A DNA stretch of 64,000 nucleotides from Terriglobia bacterium (GTDB lineage: Bacteria > Acidobacteriota > Terriglobia > 20CM-2-55-15): assembly GCA_965218585.1 (NCBI GenBank), contig CBDCLE010000012.1, positions 64,001 through 128,000 of the forward strand, written 5' to 3'. A program made the position numbers and the translations under genes. Below, piece by piece: positions 30,014 to 40,641 of the stretch. The notes beneath the pieces were generated by a model that made no database searches, was not told the DNA's origin, and saw only the letters and a program-made list of their open reading frames with translations. The number at the start of each line of letters is the position of its first letter. Position 1 is the first letter of the stretch.

Positions 30014-30978
30014 TAGAAACGAGAAATCACCACACGAAATCCGATAGTGGGATTGCGTACCCCAGGATCGACCCGGCCGCGAATGGCCGCACGGAGATTG
30101 TTCTCTGCATCGCTGAATGATCCGCCTCGCATTACCCAGAGCGCATCCGCCTCCAAATCGTCGCGATCGTCCGTTGCATCGTAGGGATACGACTGGTAAG
30201 GACTACGGGTTAACTCCCAAACGTTTCCACTCATGTCGGACAGATCGAAAGCACATTCCGGACACTCGAAACTGCCCACGGGCGTAGTGCCCGTTCCTCC
30301 GTAGTTGGCCCGGTCATTCATGGGCTGGTTTCCCCAGGGATAAATGCGACCGTCCGTTCCCCTGGCCGCTTTCTCCCATTCCGCCTCGCTGGGAAGACTG
30401 ACTTGTCCTCCGTCACGGAGTATCTGACCGAGTTCTGATGGCGTCTCGGACCACTCTTCAAGTGTCGCCTCAAGCCATCGTGAATAGGCAAGTGCATCTG
30501 TCCAAGAGACGTTCACGACAGGATGATCTGGCGCACCACGAAGAGTCTGATCGTCGATCGTGTAATCGGTCTCCTCGACGAACGCACTGAACTGCGCAAC
30601 AGTGACTTCAGTCCTGCCTATATAGAATGTCGGAAGGTCCACCATCCCCTGTCGCTCGGTGTCGGACCAGCGTTCGTTTTCAAAGGCCATCCGGTCTGTG
30701 GCAGGGTCGCTTCCCATCACAAACGATCCGGCTGGAATCTCGACGAAACCCAGTAATGCCTCATCCGGAAGATACCAGGCGTCCGTGCGAAACCCGTCCA
30801 GTTCTATCAAATCCTCCCCGGTCAGGATTCGATTTTCGGCCTCGCCGGGTGACGTCGACTGAGCACTCTCGTAGCTCATCCAAAACGCCACAAATACGAT
30901 CATGGCAACTAGAACAGTTATTCCGATGAATCCACGCGGCTTCTTTACCTGTTCCTCACCTACTGTTGAAACTGTCAT
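30013..30978 (-). CDS. Formylglycine-generating enzyme (SUMF1/FGE-sulfatase) domain protein
   Basis: FVMGS, EVTVAQF, LPSEAEWEKAARG, DMSGNVWE, RGGSF, GFRVV. Confidence 0.92.
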   Translation of the reverse strand: MTVSTVGEEQVKKPRGFIGITVLVAMIVFVAFWMSYESAQSTSPGEAENRILTGEDLIELDGFRTDAWYLPDEALLGFVEIPAGSFVMGSDPATDRMAFENERWSDTERQGMVDLPTFYIGRTEVTVAQFSAFVEETDYTIDDQTLRGAPDHPVVNVSWTDALAYSRWLEATLEEWSETPSELGQILRDGGQVSLPSEAEWEKAARGTDGRIYPWGNQPMNDRANYGGTGTTPVGSFECPECAFDLSDMSGNVWELTRSPYQSYPYDATDDRDDLEADALWVMRGGSFSDAENNLRAAIRGRVDPGVRNPTIGFRVVISRF

Positions 30979-31226
30979 AGTGAACCAACCGCTCTGTCAC
31001 AGGCAAAACTCCAGCCATGATTGCAGGCCCGATCGTATAGTTCCCGCTCGGGCATCAGCATGAGGTTGGGCCCGCCCTCACGCAGCAACAGCCTGAGGTC
31101 CAACTCGTGAGGGACCTCACGACCGAGTGTCTCCCGGTCCAGCAGATTCACACATCCCGCCTGAAATCTGAGTTCGCACGCCCTTCCGAAATAGCCCAAC
31201 GCGAGTGTTGACTCGGGGTCCACTAT

Positions 31227-32694
31227 TACTACTATGTTACAAACGAAGCGGTCCACAGAACGGACAACGAGGAAGCTGCTGAATCAGGAAGCGGGCGATG
31301 CGAATGCGAAGCGTGGCAATCGAGCAGGGGTTATGTCGTTCGGGCCGGATCCGGGGTTCCGCGGGGTTTGAAGTGTTTGGGGAGTTTGGGGACGGATAGT
31401 CCAACATGCTCGACAAATGCAGAGGGGGAAAAACGGCTCCGCTCGGCGACCAGGAACCCATAAGAGGCAATACATAAGGTGCCATGATGGTGAAATCCAC
31501 GCCAGCCGCGACCTTCGTAGTGTCCCAGACCGAGTTCCTGCTTGAGTTCCTGATAGTCGCGTTCGATGATCCAGCGCTGTTTGGCCTGACCGGCCAGATC
31601 GGAAAGCGAGGTATGGGCCCCAAGAGTGGAGAGCCAGTACCGGATCGGTTCGGATGCGGTCTTGGGCCACTCGACCAACAACCACTCTTTCGGATGCGGC
31701 GAGTGGCGCTCGTGATCCAGATGAGCGGGACGAATGCGAACTGCGGCGAAACGGGAACGCAGGGTCTCGGAGGTGCCTTCGCGCCAGGAGACGTTCTTCC
31801 AACGCTGGGGAGACAACGAGAGGGCCAGTTGCTTGACCGAAACCGGTTGATGTTTCTTGTTGCGCTGCATGCGGGTCGGTGTCCGTCCGCGGCCGGTCAA
31901 GGATTTCGGCGGCAAGGGACCCTGGCCCGGTTTCCACACGGTCGTGGTGCCTTGCACCCCTAGGACGTAGCTAAGTCCGAGTTCGGTGATGCCGTGCCGG
32001 AACTTGTAGTTGTTGCCGTAGGCCGTATCGCCCAGAACCGGTGCCGGAGCAATGCCGTCATCGACGGCCTGCCGGATTTGTTCCAAAGCAATTTGAGGTT
32101 TAGTTTGAAATCGAACGTCTTCGGGAATAGCGGCTTTGCTTCGACGTTCCGGATCCTTCGCCCAGGTCTCGGGGAGGTAGAGTCGCCATGCCACCGGCAA
32201 GCTGGATTTCGCTGTCGCCACCGACAGGCTCACCGCCACCCGGCAGTTCTCAGGTTTGCCGACCTGTCCACAGTATTGCCGGGCCACACCCACCGAGTGG
32301 GTCCCCTTTTTCACGAATCCGGTGTCGTCGACAATCCAGGCTTCAATCGGACCGTTGGCTTCCATCGCCCCCAGCGCGTACTGTCGAACTTCTGCCAACA
32401 GAGCCGCATCGTCCCAGGGCGCATCCGCGACCAGATGATGTAGCGACTGGTGCATTCGGCGTACATTATCCGGAGCCAATCGTGCAGCCATCGGCTCCAC
32501 ACTCTTACGTTTGATCGGCAGCAACAACCCGGTGCAGTACGACTTCAACGGTTCATGACGATCGGCGTGTCCTGCGGCCGACGCCAGGCGTTCCAAATAG
32601 GCCGCAAAACGTTTTTCCTGAGTGCCTGGCGCCTTCGATTTGGCGCTCATGACCGGATGCTAACATAAAATAGGCCGTTTGTAACATAGTAGTA
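31227..32694 (-). mobile_element. IS701-family insertion sequence, copy 2
   Basis: Perfect 19-bp TIR tactactatgttacaaacg and CTAT duplication at 31223-31226 / 32695-32698. Confidence 0.95.
31331..32650 (-). CDS. IS701-family transposase (same protein as 3721-5040)
   Basis: Identical 439-aa translation in the ORF track. Confidence 0.95.
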   Translation of the reverse strand: MSAKSKAPGTQEKRFAAYLERLASAAGHADRHEPLKSYCTGLLLPIKRKSVEPMAARLAPDNVRRMHQSLHHLVADAPWDDAALLAEVRQYALGAMEANGPIEAWIVDDTGFVKKGTHSVGVARQYCGQVGKPENCRVAVSLSVATAKSSLPVAWRLYLPETWAKDPERRSKAAIPEDVRFQTKPQIALEQIRQAVDDGIAPAPVLGDTAYGNNYKFRHGITELGLSYVLGVQGTTTVWKPGQGPLPPKSLTGRGRTPTRMQRNKKHQPVSVKQLALSLSPQRWKNVSWREGTSETLRSRFAAVRIRPAHLDHERHSPHPKEWLLVEWPKTASEPIRYWLSTLGAHTSLSDLAGQAKQRWIIERDYQELKQELGLGHYEGRGWRGFHHHGTLCIASYGFLVAERSRFSPSAFVEHVGLSVPKLPKHFKPRGTPDPARTT

Positions 32695-34241
32695 CTATTC
32701 GACCCTCCGTGTAATGCGCGCCCAGCTCATTACACGCCCACGCCGAGTTGTCCCCACAATAGCTGGCTTCGAGTCCGAGCAACCGATCGCAGGCGTTTCG
32801 AAGGTCATTTGCGCAAGCCTGTTCCCAGAACGGCAGGCTGTCCCCGGTGTGTCTTCCATCGGTCTTTCCCAGGACAGTCATCGCGGCAAACAACAGAATC
32901 CAAACGCCCATGTGAGCCAGATTGGCGCGCCCTCGAAACCAGTTTTCATTCCAAAGGTTCAATGCGGCGTCGGACCGGATCGAGCGCACAAAACGGTCGA
33001 TCCCTATCACACTCAAATTCAAAAGTGGCACGCACAGGAGCTTGTCATAAAACGTCGGCAGTCCCATCCCTCCGAGCAGTGAGTAGAGACCGAATACGCC
33101 TAACCCGTACAGTCCGCCAAAAATCGTCTTACCCAGCGGCGTTCTGGGCGAAGTGGAGGGATCGGTGATTAGCAAATGCAATCCGAGGAAAACGGCAGCG
33201 GGAATTTCTGAATCGAGAAAGTATGGAACTCCTGTTGACGCTGAATACAAGGCGCTCAACCCGAACAGCGTCATCGCGGCAGCTCCCGCAACCAGAGTGA
33301 TGGAAAAGAAATACATGACGATCAGGCCGATCACGAACAGAAAGGTATAAATATTGGGCGCCAGGGTGAGTGTCGACGCAATCTCCTCGGCCCAGGTCAA
33401 GCTAGTCGTGCGGGTAGTGATCAACACAAGAGAGAACAAACCCAGTGCAAACGCGGAAGGATTGAAGATGTGTACACTCTGGCCTTCCCTCTGCCAGCGT
33501 ACATATTCTTTCCCCATGAATCCCACTGCAAGCATAAGGAATTGCATGTAGAACCAGTCGTCTCTGAACCATAGAAACAGATTGATGCTGAAGATAATTG
33601 GAAACGGACCAAAGCCGAGGACGTAGCTCTTGTGGCGGGACCAGGACAGCAGCATGTCAAAGCTATAGGCAAACAACAGCTGTGCGGCCAGTAACCAGGC
33701 GTGATCGTATACAGGTCTCCAGTAGTAGCCCCAGTAGACGAACACGGCGAGCTGAACAAGAGCTTGCACATAATGCTGGGGACGGAGGATTATTCGCAGC
33801 GAGGGTGGGGCTCCCGCATTTCTCAGCCGCTTGAAAAGAAACGTTTGCCATGTGATCAATGTCAGGACGGAACCCCAGAACGACCACATCAGGATGACGT
33901 TTTCCTGAACACGAGGCGCGAATGACACCAACAACAGAGCGAGGGTGAGCCCCAGTGGTACCAGGAACACCCCTGGCCGTAGCTGCTCTTTCCCGGTACC
34001 TTTCTTTCTTGTAGATGTCATGAATGTTCGTCCAGTGACCTGCCCTGTTCTTCGGACAACAAGAGAATAAACCACCTCTCACAACGGTTTGGCAATTCAA
34101 TTTGGTTCTACAATTTGCGACCTTCGAAATAACGATTCATACGTTTATGATTGAGACGTTCCATCGGCTGTATGAGTGGCATTGTGTCCGTAGCTTGATC
34201 TTCCCGTCCGAATCTTCGGACGAAACCAGCAGAGGTGAAAT

Positions 34242-35784
34242 ATGGCGAGTGAAGAAAAGATCAATCTCCGCCGTGGCCGAGACTATCTTGCGGCCTTGAA
34301 CGACGGACGAAGCGTTTTCGTTGAAGGCGAAGCAATCGACGATGTGGCAACCCACCCGTTGACGCGGGACTATGCCCAGCGTACAGCGGATTACTACGAG
34401 CTCCATTTCCAGGAAGAATTACAGGACAAACTGACCTACGTTGACGAAGACGGCGTTCGACGATCGCGGACGTGGCAGTTGCCTGGAAACAAAGAGGAAC
34501 TCGTCGCGCGCAGGGAGCATCACGCTACGGTCTCACGCAAGATCGGCGCCGGCCAGTTCGGCCGCATGCCCGACGCCAGCAACACGGTCATGATCACCTT
34601 GATCGACGACCCGGACGTGTGGGAGCGGGCCTCCATCGGGACCGAGGGAAGGGGCTTGGCGGACAACATTCGCCGGTTCTGGACCCAGGCAAAGGACGCG
34701 GATCTCAATATCGCACCGATATTTATAGACAGCCAGCCCGACCGCTCCTCTCCTGATGCCTTCAAGACTTCGCCGGACCTACGCCTTGTCGGCAGCGACG
34801 ACGAAGGCATTACGGTGCACGGCGTCAAGGCTGTTTCTACTGGAGCGGTGTTCGCGGACTGGTTTCTGATCGGCCTCTTTTACCGCCCCGGTGTGACCTC
34901 AGAGCAATGTCTGTTCTTCTTCGTCAAGCCCAACGCGCCGGGGGTCACCGTCGTCGCCCGCAAGGGTGTGGCTCCGGCTGAAAAGACCGATGACGTACCG
35001 CTGTCACGCCTCGGCGACGAGTTGGACAGCTTCCAGTATTTCGACAACGTGAAGATTCCCTGGTCCCAGGTCGTTCACGTCGGCAGCATCGAACACACTC
35101 AACAATACCCCCAGCGTATCTTTGACTGGATACAGGATACACTACGCCGACCTCGCCCGGCACAGCGTTAAGGCCGAACTGATGGCCGGCCTGGCCATAC
35201 TCCTGTGCGACGTGATGGGTACAATAAGTATTCCTTCCGTTCAACTCCGTGTCGCGGACATTGTCCGTTTTCGCGAGGCCATACGTGCGCACCTGATTGC
35301 GGCCGAAGATACAGGTTTCGTGACGCCGGGCGGGCTCTATAAGCCAAACAACATCTTTTTCGATTTTGGCCGCGCGTACTCTAACGAAAACTCTTCACGT
35401 TTCATTACCGAAATCATCGATCTCGCCGGACGGGGCCCAATGATGATTCCGGCTGATGGCGATTGGCAGAACCCACAATTGAAGGAATGGCTGGAGCCTT
35501 TGATGAGAGGACCCTCGGGAGAAGCGGACAAGCTCAAGGTCTTCAGGATAATCCGCGATCTGTATTTGTCCGACTGGGGACGCCGCAATGCCTTGTTCGA
35601 TCAGCTCAACGGAACTCCGCTGACGGCCATCCGATTCCTGACAATGCAGCGATCCGAATACCGCGCCGACGGCCCGATCACCGAACTGGCCCGGGAAGTC
35701 TGTGGCATGGAGGCTATGACCGGTTCGACCGAAGAGAACGAAGCAACCGACTATGCCAAGGCCCAGGATGCAAAGACCACCTAA
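34242..35784 (+). pseudogene. Group D flavin-dependent aromatic monooxygenase, oxygenase component (TftD/TcpA/HadA-like), frameshifted
   Basis: GRDYLAALNDGR, FGRMPD, QYPQRIFDWIHY, YKPN..FDFGRA, RDLYLSDWG, NGTPL. A 7-bp duplication GGATACA at 35128-35141 breaks the frame. Confidence 0.85.
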
Positions 35785-35846
35785 GAAAGACTAACACCCG
35801 CAGGAAGGGGCCTCGGGCAACATCAATTGAATCAAACGGGTAGAAC

Positions 35847-35939
35847 TTCAACACGAAGTTAACGAAGGGCACGAAGGAACACGAAGATGATTTTTCTTCA
35901 AACACCTCACCTTCGTTAACTTCGCGTCTTCGTGTTGAA
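35847..35939. repeat. Palindromic repeat element (ACGAAG subfamily)
   Basis: ttcaacacgaagttaacgaagggcacgaag ... cttcgttaacttcgcgtcttcgtgttgaa. Confidence 0.8.
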
Positions 35940-35975
35940 AGACTAAGCCGAAGAATGTTCAGGCCAGCGATTCGG

Positions 35976-38225
35976 TCAAAAATTGAAGAGGTTGGTGAAC
36001 TTGACGATCAGCGCCCGCTCGACGACCTGGGCGTTGGCGGTGGAACGACGGTCGTTGTAGACGACGAACAAGTCGCTCAAAGGCCGATGAATAATGTTGA
36101 AGCGGATGTTGGAGCTGACCTCGTTGCGGCTGGCGTTGTATTGGATAAAGGCGTTAAAAGACGCGCGCGCGTTGAAAGCGTAAACGAGCCGCAGACCCAA
36201 GAGATCGGTCGTGAAACTTCCCCCCGTCAAGTCGACCTGGTTGCGCGAGTAATTCACTGCAAGGTTGATGCGGTAATTCGGCTTCACACTCAAGTTGGCC
36301 GTGAATGATTCGCTCTCGCCGTCCCAGAACTCCCCCCACTCGACGCTGCCTCCTCCACTGATCTTCCTGCTCGAATCGCTCGAAGCGCTCACCCTCTGCC
36401 TCCGATACGCATAGTCCCCTTCGGGAATGCCGATCCCTGGGCGGATTCGAAACACACGGTTCAGTCGCTCGAATGTTTCGGTCAACCTGAACTCGATCCG
36501 GGCATTGCTCTGAAAGCGAATGCCCAGATTCAGATTCTGGGTCCGCGTCTCGACTTCTTCGGTCGTTCCGTCCTCAAAATACTCCAGGGTCGTCCCGAAG
36601 ATCAGGTTTCGAACCGAACGGCTGCTCCGGATGAGCGGATTGAAGGAAAACTCTCCCGAGTACTTCGTTATGTTCGGGCGCCGGACAAAACCGACTTCGG
36701 GGTTGAAGTTCGTTTCGATGGCACTGTAGGCAGCCCCGACGACCAACTCGTCGTCCCGCCAGGCGGCAGCAAACCTCCGGGCCTGATCTTTTTCCTTCAC
36801 ACCCGGCGTGTCGGTCTTGAGGATGTATGCATCGAACTCGAGGCGGTTGGAAAACTGGAAGAAAGCATCGGCGCCGAAGAGACGGTTGTAGTCGCCCCCG
36901 ACCCTCGAGTCGCGGTTTGTGACTATACCCCCGACCCAGGAGTTCGTCAGGAGGTTCTGCTTCACTCGGCCCACCGTATAGGTATTCGACGGCGTTGATC
37001 CGGACGACTCCGTCTTCATCGTCAGAAAGCCGATATCATAGCGGCCCACCTGGCCTGTGACCCCTGCCCCGCCTATAATCGGAATCGGTGTCCCTTGGGC
37101 GCTGAGACCGATCCGTCGGCTGAAGAACGGCACGAGATCCTCGGCTCGAGCGCTCCTGAACTGCCGCCCACCACCCCCTAAGTTGAAAGTGCCGGAGTTC
37201 TCGAGAAAGAACTCTCTCTTTTCGGGAAAGAACAGGTTGAACCGGGTGAGATTGACCTGCTGCTGGTCCACCTCGACCTGCGCGAAGTCGGTCCGGTACG
37301 TTGCATCCAGCGTCAGCGATTGCGTCAGCCCGAACTTCACGTCCAGTCCACCGTCGTAGTCGGAATCCGTGACCCAGTCCCCGAACGGATTCCCGCCCGA
37401 ACGGGTCTGGGTGAATCCCGCGACGGCGAACGGCTTCACTTTCAGATTCCGGCCCGGCCGGATGTTTTCAAGACCCCGCAACGCTCCGGCCATCGATACG
37501 CGCGTGGGCGAAAACCGCTGCGGAACGGGTGACCAATCGTTCTGTTCATTAATGCGCCGCACAGTCCGCAGCATGTTGAGACCCCACTCTTGCGACACTG
37601 CATTGGAAAACCGCAACGTATTGAACGGGATTTGGAACTCGATCACCCATCCTTCGTCGTTTCGTGTCACCTGAAAGTCCCAAACCCCATCCCAGTCGCC
37701 GTTGATCTGACCGTTATTGGAGATCTGAAAGTCGGACCGGCCCCCACCGGGGTTGACGACAAAAGCGAACCCGGAACGCCGGTCCCGCAGGGTGTCCAGG
37801 ACCACGGCGACAAGGTCCGAACCTCCGAAATTGAAATCTTCGGTGATGTCGTTTACCGTCGCCTGATCGGGTTCCGAATCGAAGGCAACGACCCCTACAT
37901 AAACGACCCCTACATAGAGGTTATCGTCGTCGTAGAGAAAGCGGGCTTCAGTCCGAAACGTCGGAGCTGCACCCGTCACCGGCAATCGTTGAATAAAGTC
38001 TGTTGCGCCGGGCGGAATGTCCCAGACTTTCTCGTCTAGGCGACCATCGAGGTCAATCTGTTCCGTGATCCGTGTGGCCGTTGCGTTCCGGTCAAGGAAG
38101 GCCGTGTTGTAGTCGATGGGAGGCAGAGGGTTCGCGTTCGGAGGGGTCTGGGCAACCGCCGGATTGGTGACAATGAGACATAACAGGGTTCCAAAGAGTA
38201 AGCGCATACGTGTAAAGGGTATCAA
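35976..38225 (-). CDS. CBM9-like plus DUF5916 outer-membrane protein, paralogue 2
   Basis: Signal peptide, LDGRLDE, TDFAQVEVD...RFNLFFPEKREFFLE, terminal Phe. Confidence 0.85.
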   Translation of the reverse strand: MIPFTRMRLLFGTLLCLIVTNPAVAQTPPNANPLPPIDYNTAFLDRNATATRITEQIDLDGRLDEKVWDIPPGATDFIQRLPVTGAAPTFRTEARFLYDDDNLYVGVVYVGVVAFDSEPDQATVNDITEDFNFGGSDLVAVVLDTLRDRRSGFAFVVNPGGGRSDFQISNNGQINGDWDGVWDFQVTRNDEGWVIEFQIPFNTLRFSNAVSQEWGLNMLRTVRRINEQNDWSPVPQRFSPTRVSMAGALRGLENIRPGRNLKVKPFAVAGFTQTRSGGNPFGDWVTDSDYDGGLDVKFGLTQSLTLDATYRTDFAQVEVDQQQVNLTRFNLFFPEKREFFLENSGTFNLGGGGRQFRSARAEDLVPFFSRRIGLSAQGTPIPIIGGAGVTGQVGRYDIGFLTMKTESSGSTPSNTYTVGRVKQNLLTNSWVGGIVTNRDSRVGGDYNRLFGADAFFQFSNRLEFDAYILKTDTPGVKEKDQARRFAAAWRDDELVVGAAYSAIETNFNPEVGFVRRPNITKYSGEFSFNPLIRSSRSVRNLIFGTTLEYFEDGTTEEVETRTQNLNLGIRFQSNARIEFRLTETFERLNRVFRIRPGIGIPEGDYAYRRQRVSASSDSSRKISGGGSVEWGEFWDGESESFTANLSVKPNYRINLAVNYSRNQVDLTGGSFTTDLLGLRLVYAFNARASFNAFIQYNASRNEVSSNIRFNIIHRPLSDLFVVYNDRRSTANAQVVERALIVKFTNLFNF

Positions 38226-38248
38226 GAAAACTAGAGCGACAGTTCTCG

Positions 38249-40459
38249 CTAGAAATCGAAGAGGTTCGTGAACTTAACGATCAACGCGCGTTCGACAACC
38301 TGGGCATTGGCGGTGGAACGCCGGTCGTTGTAGACGATAAACAGGTCGCTCAAGGGGCGATGGATGATGTTGAAGCGGATGTTGGAGCTGACCTCCTTCC
38401 GCTCGGTGTTGTATTGGATGAAGGCGTTGAAGAACGCGCGGGCGTTGAACGCGTAAACGAACCGCATCCCCAACAGGTTGGTCGTAAAGCTTCCACTAAC
38501 GAGGTCTATCTGGTTGCGCGAGTAGTCCATGGACAAGCTGACACGATAATTCGGCTTCACGCTCAGGTTTGCCGTAAACGCTTCGCTTTCACCGTCCCAA
38601 AACTCGCCCCACTCGACACTGCCGCCTCCACTGATCTTCCTGCTCGAATCGCTCGAGGCGCTGATCCTCTGCCTACGGTATGCATAGTCCCCCTCTGGAA
38701 TGACCACACCCGGACGGATTCTAAACACGCGGTTCAATCTGTCGAACCTCTCGGTCAGCGCGTAGTTGATCGAGGCACCGTTCTGAAAGCGAATTCCCAG
38801 GTTCAGATTCTGGGTCCGGGTTTCGACCTCTTCGGTCGTACCGTCTTCGAAATACTCCAGCGTCGTCCCGAAGATGAGATTTCGAATCGAGCGGCTGCTC
38901 CGGATGAGCGGATTGAAAGAGAACTCCCCCCTGTACTTCGTTGTGTTCGGACGTCGGACAAAACCGACTTCGGGATTGAAGTTCGTCTGGATCGTATCGT
39001 AAGCCGCAGCAACGACCAGTTCGTCGTCGCGCCACCCCGCGGCGAACTTCCGGGCCTGATCCTTCCCCTCCAGACCCGGCGTGTCGGTCTTAAGGATGTA
39101 TGCATCGAACTCCAGCCGATTCGAGAACTGAAAAAAGGCATCGGCACCGAAAAGGCGATTGTAGTCACCCATCACAGTGGAATCGCGGTTTGTGACAATA
39201 CCTCCCACCCAGGAATTCCTCAGAAGGTTCTGCTTCACGCGGCCCACCGTATACGTATTCGACGGGGTCGACCCGGCCGACTCTGTCTTCATCGTCAGAA
39301 ACCCGACGTCGTAGCGGCCGACCTGGCCCGTGACCCGGGCCCCACCCACAATCGGAATCGGCGTCCCCTGGGCACTGAGACCGATGCGCCGGCTGAAGAA
39401 CGGAACGAGATCATTGCGGAAGTTCCGGCCCTGGCCGCCTCCCAGGTTGAAGGTGCCGGCGTTCTCGAGAAAGAACTCTCTCTTTTCGGGGAAGAAGAGG
39501 TTGAACCGCGTGAGATTGACCTGCTGCTGGTCCACCTCGACCTGAGCGAAGTCCGTCCGATACGTCGCATCCAGCGTCAGCGACTGTGTCAGCCCGTATT
39601 TCACGTCGACTCCGCCATCGTAGTCGGAATCCGTAACCCAGTCTCCGAATGGACTCCTGCCCGATCGCGTCTGGGTGAAGCCCGCTATTGCGAACGGCTT
39701 TACTTTCAGATTCCGGCCCGGCCGGATGTTTTCAAGACCCCTCAACGTGCCCGCCATCGAGACGCGCGTGGGCCCAAAGCGCTGCTGTATGGGCGACCAG
39801 TCGCTCTGTTCGCTGACGCGCCGAACGGCCCGCATCAGGTTGAGACCCCATTCCTGCGACGACGCATTGGAGAATCGCAGTGTGTTGAACGGGATCCGGT
39901 ATTCGACAACCCACCCTTCATCGTTCCGTGTGATCTGAAAGTCCCAGACACCATCCCAGTCGATGTTGGGTTGACTGTTGTTCGCGATCTGACCGTCATA
40001 CCGGCCACCACCGGGATTGACAACGAAGGCGAAACCCGAACGATCGTCGCCGAGCGTGTCCAGGATCACGGCGACGAGGTCCGATCCTCCGAAATTGAAA
40101 TCATCCGTGACATCGTTAATCGTCATCTGGTCGGGCTCGGGATCGAACGCGACCACCCCTACATAGAGATTGTTGTCATCGTAGAGAAAACGGGCTTCGG
40201 TACTGAATGTCGCCTCGGCGCCCGTATTCGGGAGTCGCTGAACGAAATCCGTGGCGCCAGGCGGCACGTCCCACGCGGGTTCGGTTAATAGACCGTCAAG
40301 TGTTATCGGTTCTGTGATCCGATTAGCAATCGCATTCCGATCGAGGCGGGCCGTGTTGTAGTCGATGGGCGGTGGCGCGTTCGGATTAGGTGGATTCTGG
40401 GCCAGGGTTGGAGACACGAACAGAAGGCCCAAAACAATGATTCGACAGGTTATACGCAC
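38249..40459 (-). CDS. CBM9-like plus DUF5916 outer-membrane protein, paralogue 1
   Basis: Same motifs, highly similar to the adjacent gene. Confidence 0.85.
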   Translation of the reverse strand: MRITCRIIVLGLLFVSPTLAQNPPNPNAPPPIDYNTARLDRNAIANRITEPITLDGLLTEPAWDVPPGATDFVQRLPNTGAEATFSTEARFLYDDNNLYVGVVAFDPEPDQMTINDVTDDFNFGGSDLVAVILDTLGDDRSGFAFVVNPGGGRYDGQIANNSQPNIDWDGVWDFQITRNDEGWVVEYRIPFNTLRFSNASSQEWGLNLMRAVRRVSEQSDWSPIQQRFGPTRVSMAGTLRGLENIRPGRNLKVKPFAIAGFTQTRSGRSPFGDWVTDSDYDGGVDVKYGLTQSLTLDATYRTDFAQVEVDQQQVNLTRFNLFFPEKREFFLENAGTFNLGGGQGRNFRNDLVPFFSRRIGLSAQGTPIPIVGGARVTGQVGRYDVGFLTMKTESAGSTPSNTYTVGRVKQNLLRNSWVGGIVTNRDSTVMGDYNRLFGADAFFQFSNRLEFDAYILKTDTPGLEGKDQARKFAAGWRDDELVVAAAYDTIQTNFNPEVGFVRRPNTTKYRGEFSFNPLIRSSRSIRNLIFGTTLEYFEDGTTEEVETRTQNLNLGIRFQNGASINYALTERFDRLNRVFRIRPGVVIPEGDYAYRRQRISASSDSSRKISGGGSVEWGEFWDGESEAFTANLSVKPNYRVSLSMDYSRNQIDLVSGSFTTNLLGMRFVYAFNARAFFNAFIQYNTERKEVSSNIRFNIIHRPLSDLFIVYNDRRSTANAQVVERALIVKFTNLFDF

Positions 40460-40641
40460 GATCGGATAGATTAACAGAAGCCTCAGACGATTTGAAGCGG
40501 CCCCCTTTGTAAATCCCCCGTCAGGTGGTACAGCCCACTAGGTGCCTCCGCTGATGTAGAATCGGTAACCGACCGACTCAGCGTGACTTGGGATCACGCC
40601 GACAATGTCAGGGGCTGAAGCAAACTAAGGAGAAGGAACAA

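Larger units (their letters stand above)
30975..34021 (-). pseudogene. RnfD/NqrB-like polytopic membrane protein with C-terminal Sel1-like Cys repeats, interrupted by IS701
   Basis: HIFNPS and TDPSTSP motifs. Removing the IS restores ...HYTEGRIVDPESTLALGYFGRACELRFQAGC. Confidence 0.8.

Noticed and set aside
38360-40288. Long antisense ORFs (642 aa here; also 14182-15231, 24003-25253, 47933-48895)
   Set aside because: They are shadow frames of well-supported opposite-strand genes in GC-rich DNA and show no motifs.
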